Below are positions 23,960-36,754 of a stretch of 64,000 nt of DNA, piece by piece. This DNA is from Octopus sinensis. Its lineage: Eukaryota. The stretch is from contig NC_043002.1 in NCBI RefSeq assembly GCF_006345805.1, positions 77,004,001-77,068,000 on the forward strand, in the 5' to 3' direction. Both the position numbers and the translations under genes were made by a program. How positions within the stretch are numbered: position 1 is the stretch's first letter; each line of letters starts with the position of its first letter. The notes beneath the pieces were generated by a model, which saw only the letters and a program-made list of their open reading frames with translations, was not told the DNA's origin and searched no databases.

Positions 23960-25354
23960 ACACACACACACACACGTATTCATTTAATCAGTTCAACAGG
24001 GGTCAAGTGGTTCTTAAAAGTTGGAAATATGAATTTTTTTTTTTTAACTGAACTATCAGATAACCAAATAAGAGGTACAATAGATACATCAATTTCTTTC
24101 CTTGCAATTTCTTTAGTTTGAGATCAGGAATGTGAGCCGCAATAAGACAGGTAGAGGGTCAAGAAAGGATGTGATTCAAGTACAGCACTTCAGTTTAGAT
24201 GGGGTGATGATTGAATAGGGTCTGATAGTTCTGAAAGACCTGTCATAGTCACAACAGAAGAGACAAAGAACAGTGTTGTGTTTTCATAATGACAATAGAG
24301 CAGTGTTTTGTAAGTGTAAGTAAGTGTATTTGTGTATCTTGAAGTACATGTGAAAGTGGAAATTAATTGTGATTATCCTTATCTAATGAAGTGTTTAATT
24401 AAGAAAAATGAAACAGCTATGCAGTGTTATTGGGAAACTGATATGAACCATTAAAGATTAATATTTTCCCCTTCTCTTTTGGTCTAAGACAACATGTTTC
24501 TCTGAATTTGTGAATAATTAATTGTTATCATAAAATTAATTAGTGTTTAAAATTTTTGTTGCTAAAATTAATTTTCAATTAATCTTACCCACTGGCAGAT
24601 GAACTGGTATTTCAATGGAAACACATCAATGCCAAAAGGTGATTAAATGCTTTTAATGAACACTACAAATATGAGAAAACTTTAAAAGAAGTATATTTTT
24701 TTTTAATATTTTCCCAAGTTATTTAAAATAATTTAATTTTAATTAATTTTAATAATCGTGTTACATGTTGTCAGTCACTTTACAAATAAATATTTTTAAT
24801 ATAAACTCAGGTTGTGCATTAAGTTTATAATATGAGCATTTCAAAGTCTTTATTCTGTGTATACAATGACTATGAGCAAAATAGGACTATTTTAAACTTA
24901 TAGCTTATACTTTTGTATTGCTGCCACAGAGATTGGGTTGATCAAACTGTTAGATTTAAGGAGGCGAATTGAGAAAATTGTTAGAATGTTCAATAGAATA
25001 CTTTGCTGTATTGGTTCTGATCCTACCAAGGTCATCTTTGTTTTTTCTTTGGGCCCTTAACAAAAAAAGTGCCATTCTGGGATGATGCCTTCTCAGAATT
25101 GTTAGAGTGTCAGGCCAGATGTCTTATGGTATCAGTTCTGCCTCTGTGCATTCCAAGTTCAAATCTCACCCTGTCACCAAAAAACAATGATCCTTCTGTC
25201 AATAGATGCAACCATCAAAAACCGATAAAATCACAGTTTCATTGCTTCAGTCAGAAGATCAACTGCTATCTAGCACTACATTTGAATCAATCTCAAACTG
25301 CAATCAGATTCAATGCCTTAATATCATCATTGTCTTTGAAACCATTCCTCAATT

Positions 25355-25565
25355 GGTTCCTCTTTTGTTATCATATTTATGTTGATATTTACTGCCATTG
25401 TTTCAATTAATTTAGAAATTAATGAAAAAATTAGCAAAATAACTTTATCATTCTGAACATAGATTAACATGAAATTTTGATGGAAGGTTTTAACTAGCTC
25501 AGTTTAAAACAGGAAGTTTCTATCAAAGAACCAGTTGTCTTAGGTGGGTTAGTATCCAAAGGATG
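25355..25565 (+). mobile_element. MITE-like family F (older TTAA-type element)
   Basis: CAATTAATTTAGAAATTAATG ... AACATGAAATTTTGATGGAAGG ... TTTAAAACAGGAAGTTT shared with 26325, 38375, 59750, 61395. Confidence 0.6.
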
Positions 25566-25903
25566 AATGATTAAATGAATTAACAAAAATCTAAAAGATT
25601 GTTCAAATAGTCACTACATATTTGAACAATCACCCATTACAGCAACAACAACTATATCTTATTCATCTCACAGTTGTGCTAAATAAATTCAATTGCTTGA
25701 CCTTTCTCTGTGATATTCATCAGTGAATAATAAATCAGACTGAACAATAATCAAAATAGGGAGTAAAATATTCCTACATTATTATTCAAAGCTGTTAGAA
25801 TCAAGTGAATTTATTTTTCACTTAAAATTACAGTTGTTTTTAAATAAAGGACTAAAATTGATAATTTAACTTTCTTTAGAATTTTCTATATTAGTTTGTT
25901 ACA

Positions 25904-26310
25904 TAGGCGTAGGAGTGACTGTGGTAAGTAGCTTGCTTACCAACCACATGGTTCTGGGTTCAGTCCCACTGCATGGCACCTTGAGCAAGTGTCTTCTATT
26001 ATAGCCTCGGGCTGACCAAAGTCTTGTGAGTGGATTTGGTAGATGGCAACTGAAAGAAGCCTGTGATATATATATATGTGTATGTATGTGTGTGTATATT
26101 TGTGTGTCTATGTTTGTCTCCCCAACATCGCTTGACAACCGATGCTGGTGTGTTTACATCCCCATAACTTAGCAGTTCGGCAAAAAGAGACCAATAGAAT
26201 AAGTACTAGGCTTACAAAGAATAAGTCCTGCAGTTGATTTGCTAGACTAGAGGTGGTGCTCCAGCATGGCCACAGTCAAATGACTGAAACAAGTAAAAGA
26301 GTAAAAGAGT
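25904..26310 (+). mobile_element. SINE family A, full length
   Basis: Head AGGCGTAGGAGTGACTGTGG to tail GTAAAAGAGTAAAAGAGT. Confidence 0.92.
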
Positions 26311-26390
26311 ATATGTTTAACCAAAACCTTTTCATTATCATTTTTCTATTGAAACTCACCCCCTTAATTTCAGTTAATTTTGAAAATAAT

Positions 26391-26605
26391 CCTTTCTACT
26401 AGAGGCACAAGGCCTCAAACTTGTGGGGTGGGGACTAGTTGATTATACTGACCCCAGTGCTTTACTGATACTTAATTTATCAACCTCGCAATGGATGAAA
26501 GGCAAAGTTGACCTTGGCAGAATTTGAACTCAGAATGTAGCGACGGGTGAAATACTGCTAAGCATTTTATCCCCCGTGCTAACGATTCTGCTAACTCATG
26601 GCCTT
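26391..26605 (-). mobile_element. SINE family B with 19-bp target-site duplication
   Basis: Flanked by AGTTAATTTTGAAAATAAT (26372-26390) and AGTTAATTTCGAAAATAAT (26606-26624). Confidence 0.9.
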
Positions 26606-26721
26606 AGTTAATTTCGAAAATAATGGAAAATTTACTAAAATAATTTTATCATTATTAGGATAGAGTCTGGAACATATAAATTAATGTGAAATTTTTCAAG
26701 AAGTTTTTAACTTTGATCACT

Positions 26722-26949
26722 TTAACCCTTTAGTATTTAAACAGGCCATATCCGGCCCAAATATTCTACCTGCTTTATGTTCTAACTAGTCAGATCCAAC
26801 CTATCACACCTACCCTTCAATGCCATTCTAGAAATATACAACCTCATCATGAAAACTTTATAGCTACAAAATAAAGCATGATTAATTATAAACAATGTCA
26901 ATGAAAAAACATTACATTTGACAAAATAATCTGAATACAAAAGGGTTAA
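26722..26949 (+). mobile_element. piggyBac-like MITE family E
   Basis: TTAA-CCCTTTAGTATT ... AATACAAAAGGG-TTAA; TIRs plus TTAA at both ends; no ORF. Confidence 0.85.
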
Positions 26950-29900
26950 AACAGAAAGTTTGCATCATAGAACAGGGATTGTCTCAGGCAGCTTGATATC
27001 AAAATGGCTAAACATCCTGCTTGACCCCATCCCTCTTTCTAATTAGCCTCATTTCACAGTTGACAGCTAATTAGTTAAGACTTACATACATACATACATA
27101 CATACATATATACATACATACATACATACATACATACACACACACACATACACTCATATGTACAAATTTGAAGAATTTTTCCAGTCATACGTGAATAGAA
27201 AAAAGACAATGCTCTGTTACCAAAGCAGCTTAATCACTATTAAATGAGACAATGGCCATATAAAATAATGATGTGTCTATATTAAACTCAAGTCAAGAAG
27301 TAAAAAGAAATGTCTGTCTTAAGAGGATTTCCTTACAGTCATAAGATTAATAGTATAATGTGTTAGATGATGATGATGATGATGATGATGCTGACACTGA
27401 TGACGATATTGTGATAGTGACAGCAGCTGGCTCTCCTCTGTCAGTTTTCACAATCAGCATTTAATTGTTTGATCAACTGAACTATCTATTTGTTAAATTA
27501 ATGTATAAGTGGCTGAGTATATCACAGGCATATGTACCTTTAGTGTAATTTCAGGTCAAATCAGTATAACACAGTATGTAACAAGGTTGAACCTCTAGAT
27601 TACAAATACAATCCATCAGATAGGCTTCCATACAATTTGCACCTATCCTGTGTCATTCACAAGGCTTGGGTCAGCTTAAGGAATTGAATTCAGGAGTTCA
27701 TGATTGTGAAGTAAACTTTTTAATGACTCGGCCATGCCTGTGTCCCCAATGTATTAGAAATATAAAACAGAACCTGAAATTTGAGTAGTGAAGGTCAGAA
27801 AGATATTAGAATTATGTTTTGGGAATGTGACATGAAGCTAAAGGAGAAATTGAGTGAGGAAATAAAAATATCAAGTCCCATTAATGAATGTCAATTTTGG
27901 CACTCTTATTGACGGATCTAATTTGATTTCTAACAATGATAAAAACCAGGCCAAGTTCTGAAGGCCTTTTTTGCCTTTATGTCTCCCTGAAATTTGAAAA
28001 AGTGGTACTATGTTAAAAAAGTAGTGGTGGTGGGGGTTCGACATATTATATGTTAGTTCTTAGAATAAACCAATATATTTGGAAGAGAAAACAGGAAAAA
28101 GAAATTAATAAAACGGCTATCAAACAATTCCCTTATGCAAAGGCTGACATTTTGGCTTCATCAGACACAAGTCATGATAGGAAAAAAATTGCTCACAAAC
28201 TGATAAGGTGTGTGAAGTTGATAGAATTCATTCTTTAGCTCTAATTAATGTGACCAATTTAAACTCTCACACACACATAGTTCCACATGTACTTTTAATA
28301 CTTTTCATAATATTTTATATTTATTTGAATAGATGATTCTTACATGTTTCTGTATGGTGTTGTAGTTAAAAATAAATCATCATCGCTTAACATCCACCTT
28401 TATCCGTGGACTGCAAATATAAACAGAAGTGCACACTGGCATGCCATGAGATGAAGTAAAAGCAAGCAATTTTGGGTGTGGCTCTCACCTGAAACATTAG
28501 TCTCTATTTCATCTTAAGACATACCAACATACGCTTCTACTGTTTTCATTTCCATTCTGATTCATTCCAGCCTAGAATCTAGCTTACCAAATCTAGTGAC
28601 TATCATTATCTCTGGACTAAATTTATGAGATAACTATGGAAATTCTAAGTAACTATTTATAAATTTAGTTCTGGTGTGAAACAAACTGTATAAGGTTCTA
28701 GATATTTGTTTCAATAAATTTCTTAATGGTTGACAGGTTATAATTGAAAATCATTTCATACTACAAACCAATGTTGATTGAAAATAAAGTAGCTGGTATT
28801 AAAACTGATTGTGTTTAGTATAAGAGGTATGACGGCTCAAATGTTAAGGTATTGAACTTTCGGCTTACAGTTTATAATATTTGTATTATGTTTTTAGTTG
28901 TGGTACATCACTTGAATCATTCTATCTAGCAGAAAAATAGACACCTATTGACAGGGATAAGAGAAGCAACCAGCCATGAAAATCATGATCCTACAATTCC
29001 TGGAAATACATAATTCTTCAGGCCCATCAAAGCATAAAATATTGGATGTGAAAATACTAAAATAATATAGGCATTCAAACTCTTGTTTACTTTGTTACAT
29101 TTTTATCTGCTTGAATACACATTTGTATGCATAAAAGCACTCACTTATATCACACATATAAATCTATATAACACAGGCATACTATAAAATACATACATCA
29201 TATGCCTGTAAATTGCATGCTACCATCAGTCAATCACCTGTGCAAACACACTCATTCACTTGCACAAATGTATTTATCTCCAAACACATAATTTCACACA
29301 TATATTACAACCATTCATTCATTCATTTCTGTTCTGGTAAATGAATGAATAGTTTTATTTACTTCCAAACACACTGCTCATCAATCACACAGACATGTTA
29401 CATGCATGCATATATATAGAGTCACTTAACTAAGTACTGGCATTTCTACATGATAAAATTACAATACCAGAGAGTAATCAAAACATGGACTGATTCCTGA
29501 AATATATGAAATGTCCAGAATTACAAACAGATTCCAATATATTAAATGTTATGTAAAGTGATTTTAACAGAGCAACATGTCATACTATCCAAGCTGTAGG
29601 AAGCAATGGATATTAACACTGATATAAATAGGAAAAGTCAATGAACTCCTGAAAATTTCCAGAACATTCATTTTAATACCTAAATCATAACCATTATTCT
29701 GATTTCCTTTCCTCTTGGTTATTTGGAAGAATATTCTTCACATGAATTTACTTCGGTGCTGAATAATTAATTCTACAGGTTTACAATTATTTTCCATGGA
29801 CAATTGCACTTGATTTCTATTAATGTAATTGCTCAAAGCTGGGTAACAAAATTTATCTATTTCTTTCTGTAGATATCATATGTATGTGTGTATGAGGGAA

Positions 29901-30237
29901 AGAAAAGAAGGAGAGATAGAGGAAAAGAGGGGAAAATCACAACACATAATACCCCACCACCACACACAAATATCTGGGCAAGTTTCAGTTGTGACGCTTA
30001 GTGCACAGCTCCATTTGTATGGCACAGTTAACAAAAATAATTAATTAGTTTCTCAACAGCTTACGGAATGGCAACAAGTTCTGCCTATTCACCATAGAAT
30101 AGCTCCTCACCTTCCACCAAATATTGTTAGGAATTCTATAATATATTCTATTCTTCTTAAGAGAGAGAAAAGCAGCAATCAACTGAACTCAAATCACTGT
30201 ATTAATTAGCAATTTCTATCATTAGCAGTCATATATA

Positions 30238-30281
<44 letters not shown>

Positions 30282-30471
30282 TGTCTTTTCAACATTACAT
30301 CTCTCTCTCTCTTTCTCTTTCTCTCCCACCTCCCTAGCTCTCTCTCCTCCCACTATTTATTGCATCTTTATCTTCCTCTCTTTAATTATTTCAGTTATAA
30401 GTTCTGATACACTGGGACTAAACTGTCTCATTCAAAATCAATCTACAAATAGCAATTCTTCACAAGCTGCA

Positions 30472-30520
<49 letters not shown>

Positions 30521-30667
30521 TTCTAAAACAGGATATTTCTTTTGTAAAATAACTTTTTTTACTGTTTTCAATCACTGGGGTTTGACCATACTGGGGCACT
30601 GATTTCAAAAAATTTCTGTCGATCATATTGATCTCAGTAACTATTTGAGTCTGGTACTGACCTTAAC

Positions 30668-30905
30668 GTGGAGGTGCAAGGCTTAATGGTTAAGGTGTTA
30701 TACTCTTGATTATAAGACTGTGGTTTTGATTCCTGGACCAGGCGATCTGTTATGTCTTTGAGCAAAACACTTCATTTCACACTGTTCCAGTCCACTTAGT
30801 TAGCAAAAATGAGTAATCCTGCAACAAACTAGCATCCCATCCAAGGGGTGAACATACACACCACAAAATCTGGAAAACTAGTCTTTTTAGACAATGGCTT
30901 GAGAA
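30668..30905 (+). mobile_element. SINE family D group
   Basis: GTGGAGGTGCAAGGCTTAATGG head; TGAGCAAAACACTTCATTTCAC central block shared with 35605-35844. Confidence 0.75.
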
Positions 30906-31879
30906 AAACATTTAATCATTTTAGTGACTTATCTTAACAGTCTTTCTATCAAATAACTTGGGAACCTTTAATGTAAGTGGATGTAACACCAGTTTACACT
31001 AATAAACAGCTATGAAGATGCATGCACACATAAACACACACAGACACACACACACACACACACACAGGGTAACCTGTATAAAGTTGGTGTCATGATAAAA
31101 TGCACCCAGTACACTCTGTAAAGTGATAGATATTGAATGGCACCTAGCCATAGGTCCATCCCTTTAGGGTTGAGGAAATAAATACAAGCCATGAACTGAG
31201 GTTGAATGAATCAATTATACCCTTCTTTTATGAATTTGGCTTTATATCAATGAGAGAAATCATTTGTGTTTATTGTCCATTTATTTTTTCCCCTTTATAT
31301 CTCCAGAATCAATGAAATATAATATACTAATCTAATACACAACCACTTCCAGAGTAATGGTAGTATATTAGAATTAATGATATTAACTATATTTAACTAT
31401 ACGTTCTGCCTTTAGATAAAATGGATATATACTGTGGCCATAGGAAACATCGTTATTACTTTTTGGCAACTAACTTTTCAGAATTGTGTGGTTCTGAACA
31501 GGAGATGGCATTGATTTGTTGCTGATATTCTGATAATACAGTGAGTCAATTTCAATCAATCACGACTGTTACAGCAGATAGATAAAATTATTCCACTCTT
31601 TCATCTGCTAACTACACTGCTAAAACAGAATGGTTGCTACACATACATCTAAAATAAAACGAACCTATACATAGACATGCAAACACATTCTCTGTCTGTC
31701 TGTCTCTCTCTTTCTCCCAAACACACACACACATACAAGCCTGAAGTCCAGTTCCACTTCCAAACTCACTGAAGCTGATTTTGAGAAAATGAATGATTTA
31801 AGCTCCCATTTTCTCTGCACTTTATTGCAAATGTTATATTTTTAATTAAGAAATAATTATTTTTGCAGTGATCTGCTAT

Positions 31880-32275
31880 TGTTATTTAGCTCCAGGTCAG
31901 CCCTAGTTGAGCAGACCTATGATCAAAGGTATTTCAGGAATAACCACCCTGTCTATTATCTTCATGCATAGTGTATCTAGGATTATAACACCTTACTTCC
32001 TTGTTCTTCCTTAAGATGATGTGATGTGATGTGAGGAAAATTCAGCAGCTATATCTAGCAAATAGAACAACAATGTAAAAGGTCCTATCGCTGGCTCATT
32101 GTGTTGGAGTTTGTTGCTGTTTAGTTCGTTTCCAACCATGACCATCCCATCTTTTCATATTTCTTATATTAGACTATATTATGCAATATGTTCTTTATAG
32201 CAGTAAAGTTTGATATGAGAGAGATTTGGTTGTAATTTCTAGCAGGTCAAGAGACTATATAGAGATTCCCTTGAT
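31880..32275 (+). mobile_element. Unnamed dispersed repeat family G (one copy plus partial; orientation arbitrary)
   Basis: TTTAGCTCCAGGTCAGCCCT..GAGCAGACCTATGATCAAAGG ... GATTTGAGGGAGATTTGG..TATTTCTAGCAGG motifs recur at many sites. Confidence 0.7.
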
Positions 32276-32949
32276 ACACAATACATTGGCAGTGTAGTTG
32301 GCACAGGCAGCAGAGAGTGGATTCCTAAACTTTGTACAGTATATATTTTGTTCTTCACTATTTTGAGTTCAACTGAATTGCCTTTCCTAATGTAGGGTTT
32401 GATAACTTGATAATGCATTCACATATCAATGAAAGCAATCATAATTGAAATTTAAACTTTAATTCAGCAGTTGTAAATTTGGAATTATAGAGAAAGGTAA
32501 GTTTAACAAATAGCTTTTATTTCTAACATTCAAGGAAATGCTTATTATGCACTTAATTCCCAAACATTTAAGCTAATAGTGCAGGATTCAATTAAAGTAT
32601 CACATATATATACTGCAGAGCATACCTGCGACCTAGCTTAGTAGCTCATTTAATTTCAGCACACTTATAAGCGAAATAGCTTACAGCCATTTAGCAATTG
32701 CATCTTATTTCATGCAGAGTTAATTTTCAAACTGGTGCTCGCATGACCACAATTAATATATGGAATAAATAAGGCAGTGAGTGGGAAAAATTTTTAGCAT
32801 GCCAGGATAAATGCTTAGTGGCATTTTGTCCAACTTTACATTCTAAGTTCAAATTCTACCAAGGTCGATGTCCTTTAGAGGTCAATAAAATAAGTACCTG
32901 TTGAACACTGGACTCAGTATAATCAACTTATCCTTCCCCCAGGTTTGCA

Positions 32950-33290
32950 TAGGTGCAGGAGTGACTGTGTGATAAGTAGCTTGCTTACCAACAACATGGT
33001 TCTGGGTTCAGTCCAACTGCATGGCACCTTGGGCAAGTGTCTTCTACTATAGCCTTGGGCAGACCAAAGCCTTGTGAGTGGATTTGGTAGATGGAAACTG
33101 AAAGAAGCCCGTCGTATATATGTATATGTATATATATGTGTGTGTGTGTGTGTCTGTGTTTGTCCCCTCAACATTGCTTGACAACCAATGCTGGTGTGTT
33201 TACGTCCCTGTAACTTAGCAGTTCGGCAAAAGAGACCGATAGAATAAGTACTAGGCTTACAAAGAATAAGTCCTGGGATCGATTTGCTTG
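32950..33290 (+). mobile_element. SINE family A, 3' truncated
   Basis: Family head and body; ends after GGGATCGATTTGCT. Confidence 0.9.
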
Positions 33291-33319
33291 CTGAGTTTTA
33301 TTCCACAGCCTCTGAATGC

Positions 33320-33533
33320 TTAACCCTTTAACATTCAGATTACTCTGTCAAATGTAATGCTTATCGATCCACATAGTTTTGAATTAATGATGCATTATCT
33401 TGTATCTTTGAGAATTGAATGATATGATACTAATAGAATGACATGGTACAAAGCGGTTTTAAGATCTAGTTTGAACATAAAAGCGGAAGAATACTTGGAC
33501 TGGATATGGCTGGTTTAACTACCAAAGGATTAA
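33320..33533 (-). mobile_element. piggyBac-like MITE family E
   Basis: TTAACCCTTTAACATTCAGAT ... AAAGGATTAA; reverse of the 26722 copy. Confidence 0.8.
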
Positions 33534-34720
33534 ACATATAAATATACTTAAAAAAAGCAAGTCAAAGATATATTATCATGTGGTTATGATGCTCAAAATA
33601 TACATGCTTACAATTATAGAAAATATACCTAAGGCTGCTACAGTGAAGAAAACTGACTTTAATTCTAAATCTTTATCTTCAAATCTCTGAAATTTATGTT
33701 GTATTTTCAACCAGCAGTTGGGTTCAGTTCCAACATTCAAGTGCTTTGACGTGTAAATGCTTATGCTTTTGTTAACCAACCTTTTTTTAGCCTCTGGTGC
33801 AGATTCTGATTAAGGTATTATTCTGCAGAGCAGAACTCATGCTTCTGACTCCGTTTAAGTGGCCCAGTTACTTTCAGTAAAATTATATTTTGTATTTTGG
33901 CTCACATTTTTGACATGAATGCTTAAGGCTGCAAAAGTGGAAAAAAACTGGCATTTAATTGTAAATCTTTAAACGTGTATGTGTGTATGTATGAGTGAGT
34001 GGATATCTATGTAGATACATATGTGCTTCATACATACATACGTACATACATACATACATACATATTGTTGCTATTATGCAAAAGTGCCATTTAGTCCATT
34101 TCTTTTTACATTAGCAACAGTTTCAGCTTAACAATAATAGTTTGTTGGGTGCATAAAATCGTAACTCCATGCATGTATGATATTTTCAGTCAGAAATATT
34201 TTAACAAAACTGTTGTATTTAGGACTTACTATACTTTTGAAAAATGCTAAGCCATTGTACTACACTTTCACAATTTTCATATCTTGGCATCTGAAGCAGC
34301 TGGAGATACGATAGTTTGACCAAAAGAACTGGCTATTGCAAGTAAAATTAAATAGGGAAAAAATGCATTTGGTCAAATTTGGACATACAACAGTTTAACA
34401 TAATAGCAACAATATATATTTATAAAACTGTTAGTACTTCAAGAGAAGTTTAAAAAGTTACCTGGCCAATATGTGTGTGTGTGCATGCGCGCGTGCGTGC
34501 ATGTGGGTGTGTATTCTTGCTATGGAAAAAATGTGAGGAATATACGCAGTTATTGGTTGCACAGCATGAATGTCAAACCAATTCTACAATTTCAAACATT
34601 TCAAAGTTCACTACCATGATACAGATTACAGCCATATAACAGATGCATATTAATTCACACAGGCTGAGTTAATTTTCATATTGATAATAATATGACAATC
34701 ATTAATAAATGGGATAAAAT

Positions 34721-35145
34721 AAGGCAGTAAGCTGGCAGAATCCATAGCATACCAGGCAAAATGCTTAGTGACATTCTGAGTTCAAATTCCACTGATGTCA
34801 ACTTTGCTTTTCATCCTTTCAGGATGAATAAAATATGTACTAGTTGAGTACCGGGGTTGATGTAATCCACTTATTCCCTTAACCAGAATTGCTGGCCTTG
34901 TGCAAAAATTTGAAACCAATATTTCTCTTGTTCCAGCTAGCAGAACCCTTCGCACGCCAGGCACAACCCTTAGCAGTATTTCATCCGTCTTTACAGTTTT
35001 GGTTCAAATTCCACCGAAGCTAACTTTGTCTTTCATCCTTCCAGGGTTGATAAAGTAAGTACCAGTTGAATACTGGAGTTGATGTAATCGACTTGTACCC
35101 CGCTCCCACGAAATTGCTGACTTTGTGCCCAAATTTGAAACCATT
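34721..35145 (+). mobile_element. Two tandem SINE-B copies
   Basis: About 34721-34925 and 34945-35145, both with GTTCAAATTCCAC and CTTTCATCCTT core. Confidence 0.85.
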
Positions 35146-35402
35146 AAATAGGATGCACGCCCTGATTTTCCTTCCACAACTTATACATGTTTAAACTTAG
35201 AAACGTACTTCAAATATAGTGAGACACAGGTACTGACATATAATTGGGAAATGAACTTCGCAACAACATGGTTCCAGGTTCAATCCTGCAATGTGGTATC
35301 TTGGATAGGTTTCTGTCGCTGCAGCCCTGAGTTGACCAAATGTTTTGTGAATGGAATTTGGTCAACAGAAACTGAAATTCTATCCTCTGTGTGTGCGTGT
35401 GT

Positions 35403-35472
<70 letters not shown>

Positions 35473-35604
35473 TTTCAATGGAAGGGTATAATTTAGATTA
35501 CTTTAAAGCAGGAAGTTTGAATTATGGGGATGATTTCATGTAGGTTGGTTTCAGAAGGGTTCGACAGTGTTGTCTAGCATATAAGTTCAAGTAAAAAGGT
35601 AAAG

Positions 35605-35844
35605 TTACCTTTTTGAGTCATGCTGACTCATAAGGGCTGGTTTCCTAGTTTCCATGGTGCATAAATTCCCCACCTGGATGGGATGCCACTCCCTCGTGGG
35701 ATAGTTCACTTTTGCCAGCTGAGTGAACTGGAGCAATATGAAATGAAATGTTTTGCTCAAAGAACACAATGCATTGCTCAGTCCAGGAATCCAAACCACA
35801 ATCTTATGATCATGAGTCCAACACCAAAACCACTAGGCCTCCAC
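35605..35844 (-). mobile_element. SINE family D group
   Basis: Reverse of the 30668 copy; tRNA-like head at about 35780-35844. Confidence 0.75.
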
Positions 35845-35877
35845 AGTAAGTTCAAAGTTATAATGACTAAAGGATTG

Positions 35878-36115
35878 AAGGCGGCAAGCTAGCAGAATCG
35901 TTAGCACGCTGGGCAAAATGCTTAGCAGTATTTTGTCTGCCGCTGTATTCTGAGTTCAAATTCCACCGAGGTCGACTTTGCCTTTCATCCTTTCGGGGTC
36001 GATAAATTAAGTATCAGTTATGCACTGGGGTTGATGTAATCAACTTAAACCCTTTGTCTGTCCTTGTTTGTCCCCTCTATGTTTAGCCCCCTGTTGGGCA
36101 ATAAAGAAATAATTA
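35878..36115 (+). mobile_element. SINE family B, well preserved
   Basis: AAGGCGGCAAGCTAGCAGAATCG ... GAGTTCAAATTCCACCGAGGTCGACTTTGCC. Confidence 0.92.
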
Positions 36116-36431
36116 TAACTAAAGTAAGACTTAGTTTTACAGAGTGGAAGCAATTTGTGGCAGGAAAATTAACAGGTCAGGCAGATGAAAATTTTTTTCA
36201 TGTCACCCTCCTCCTCATCATCAATGCTATTGGTACGATCAATTTTAGTATCTATTTTTCCCATGTTGGTATGAATTGGTGGACATTTCTGCAATACAGC
36301 ATTTCTCCAGCATGATGCTGAGTCATCTGTCAAGTCTGTTCCAACACACAGACATGTCTAATTTAGAACAGGACTGACTGAAAGAATTAAAAGCGGACTT
36401 AGATTACTGATAAATGACTACTCAAATAGAA

Positions 36432-36435
36432 CTAT

Positions 36436-36508
<73 letters not shown>

Positions 36509-36718
36509 ACTACTACTACTGCTGATGCTGCTGTTACTACTAGTACCATTACCCCCACCACAATCACCACCACCACTACCATCACCACCACAACCACCAC
36601 CACCACAACCACCACCACCACAACCACCACCACCACAACCACCACTACCACAACCACCACCACCACCACCACCACCACCACTACTACTACTACTACTAAT
36701 ACCACCACCACCACCATA

Positions 36719-36754
<36 letters not shown>
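36432..36754. repeat. Compound (CTA)n(CTG)n(CCA)n(CTA)n array
   Basis: Direct triplet repeats with a 15-nt CAACCACCACCACCA higher-order unit. Confidence 0.95.

Larger units (their letters stand above)
26325..27008 (+). mobile_element. Family F element split by two nested insertions
   Basis: F sequence resumes after a SINE-B (26391-26605) and after a MITE-E (26722-26949). Confidence 0.65.

Noticed and set aside
24589-24603. 15-nt minus-strand microexon (TTCATCTGCCAGTGG)
   Set aside because: Good donor but weak pyrimidine tract; within chance expectation and no supporting neighbouring exons
28819-28826. 8-nt plus-strand microexon (TATAAGAG)
   Set aside because: Purine-rich acceptor region and moderate donor
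29317-29350. Perfect 12-bp hairpin
   Set aside because: Formed by opposed (ATTC)n/(GAAT)n microsatellite runs; short and AT-rich
36414-36719. Poly-proline, formin-like ORF
   Set aside because: Derived from a compound triplet repeat; no splice sites or flanking coding sequence
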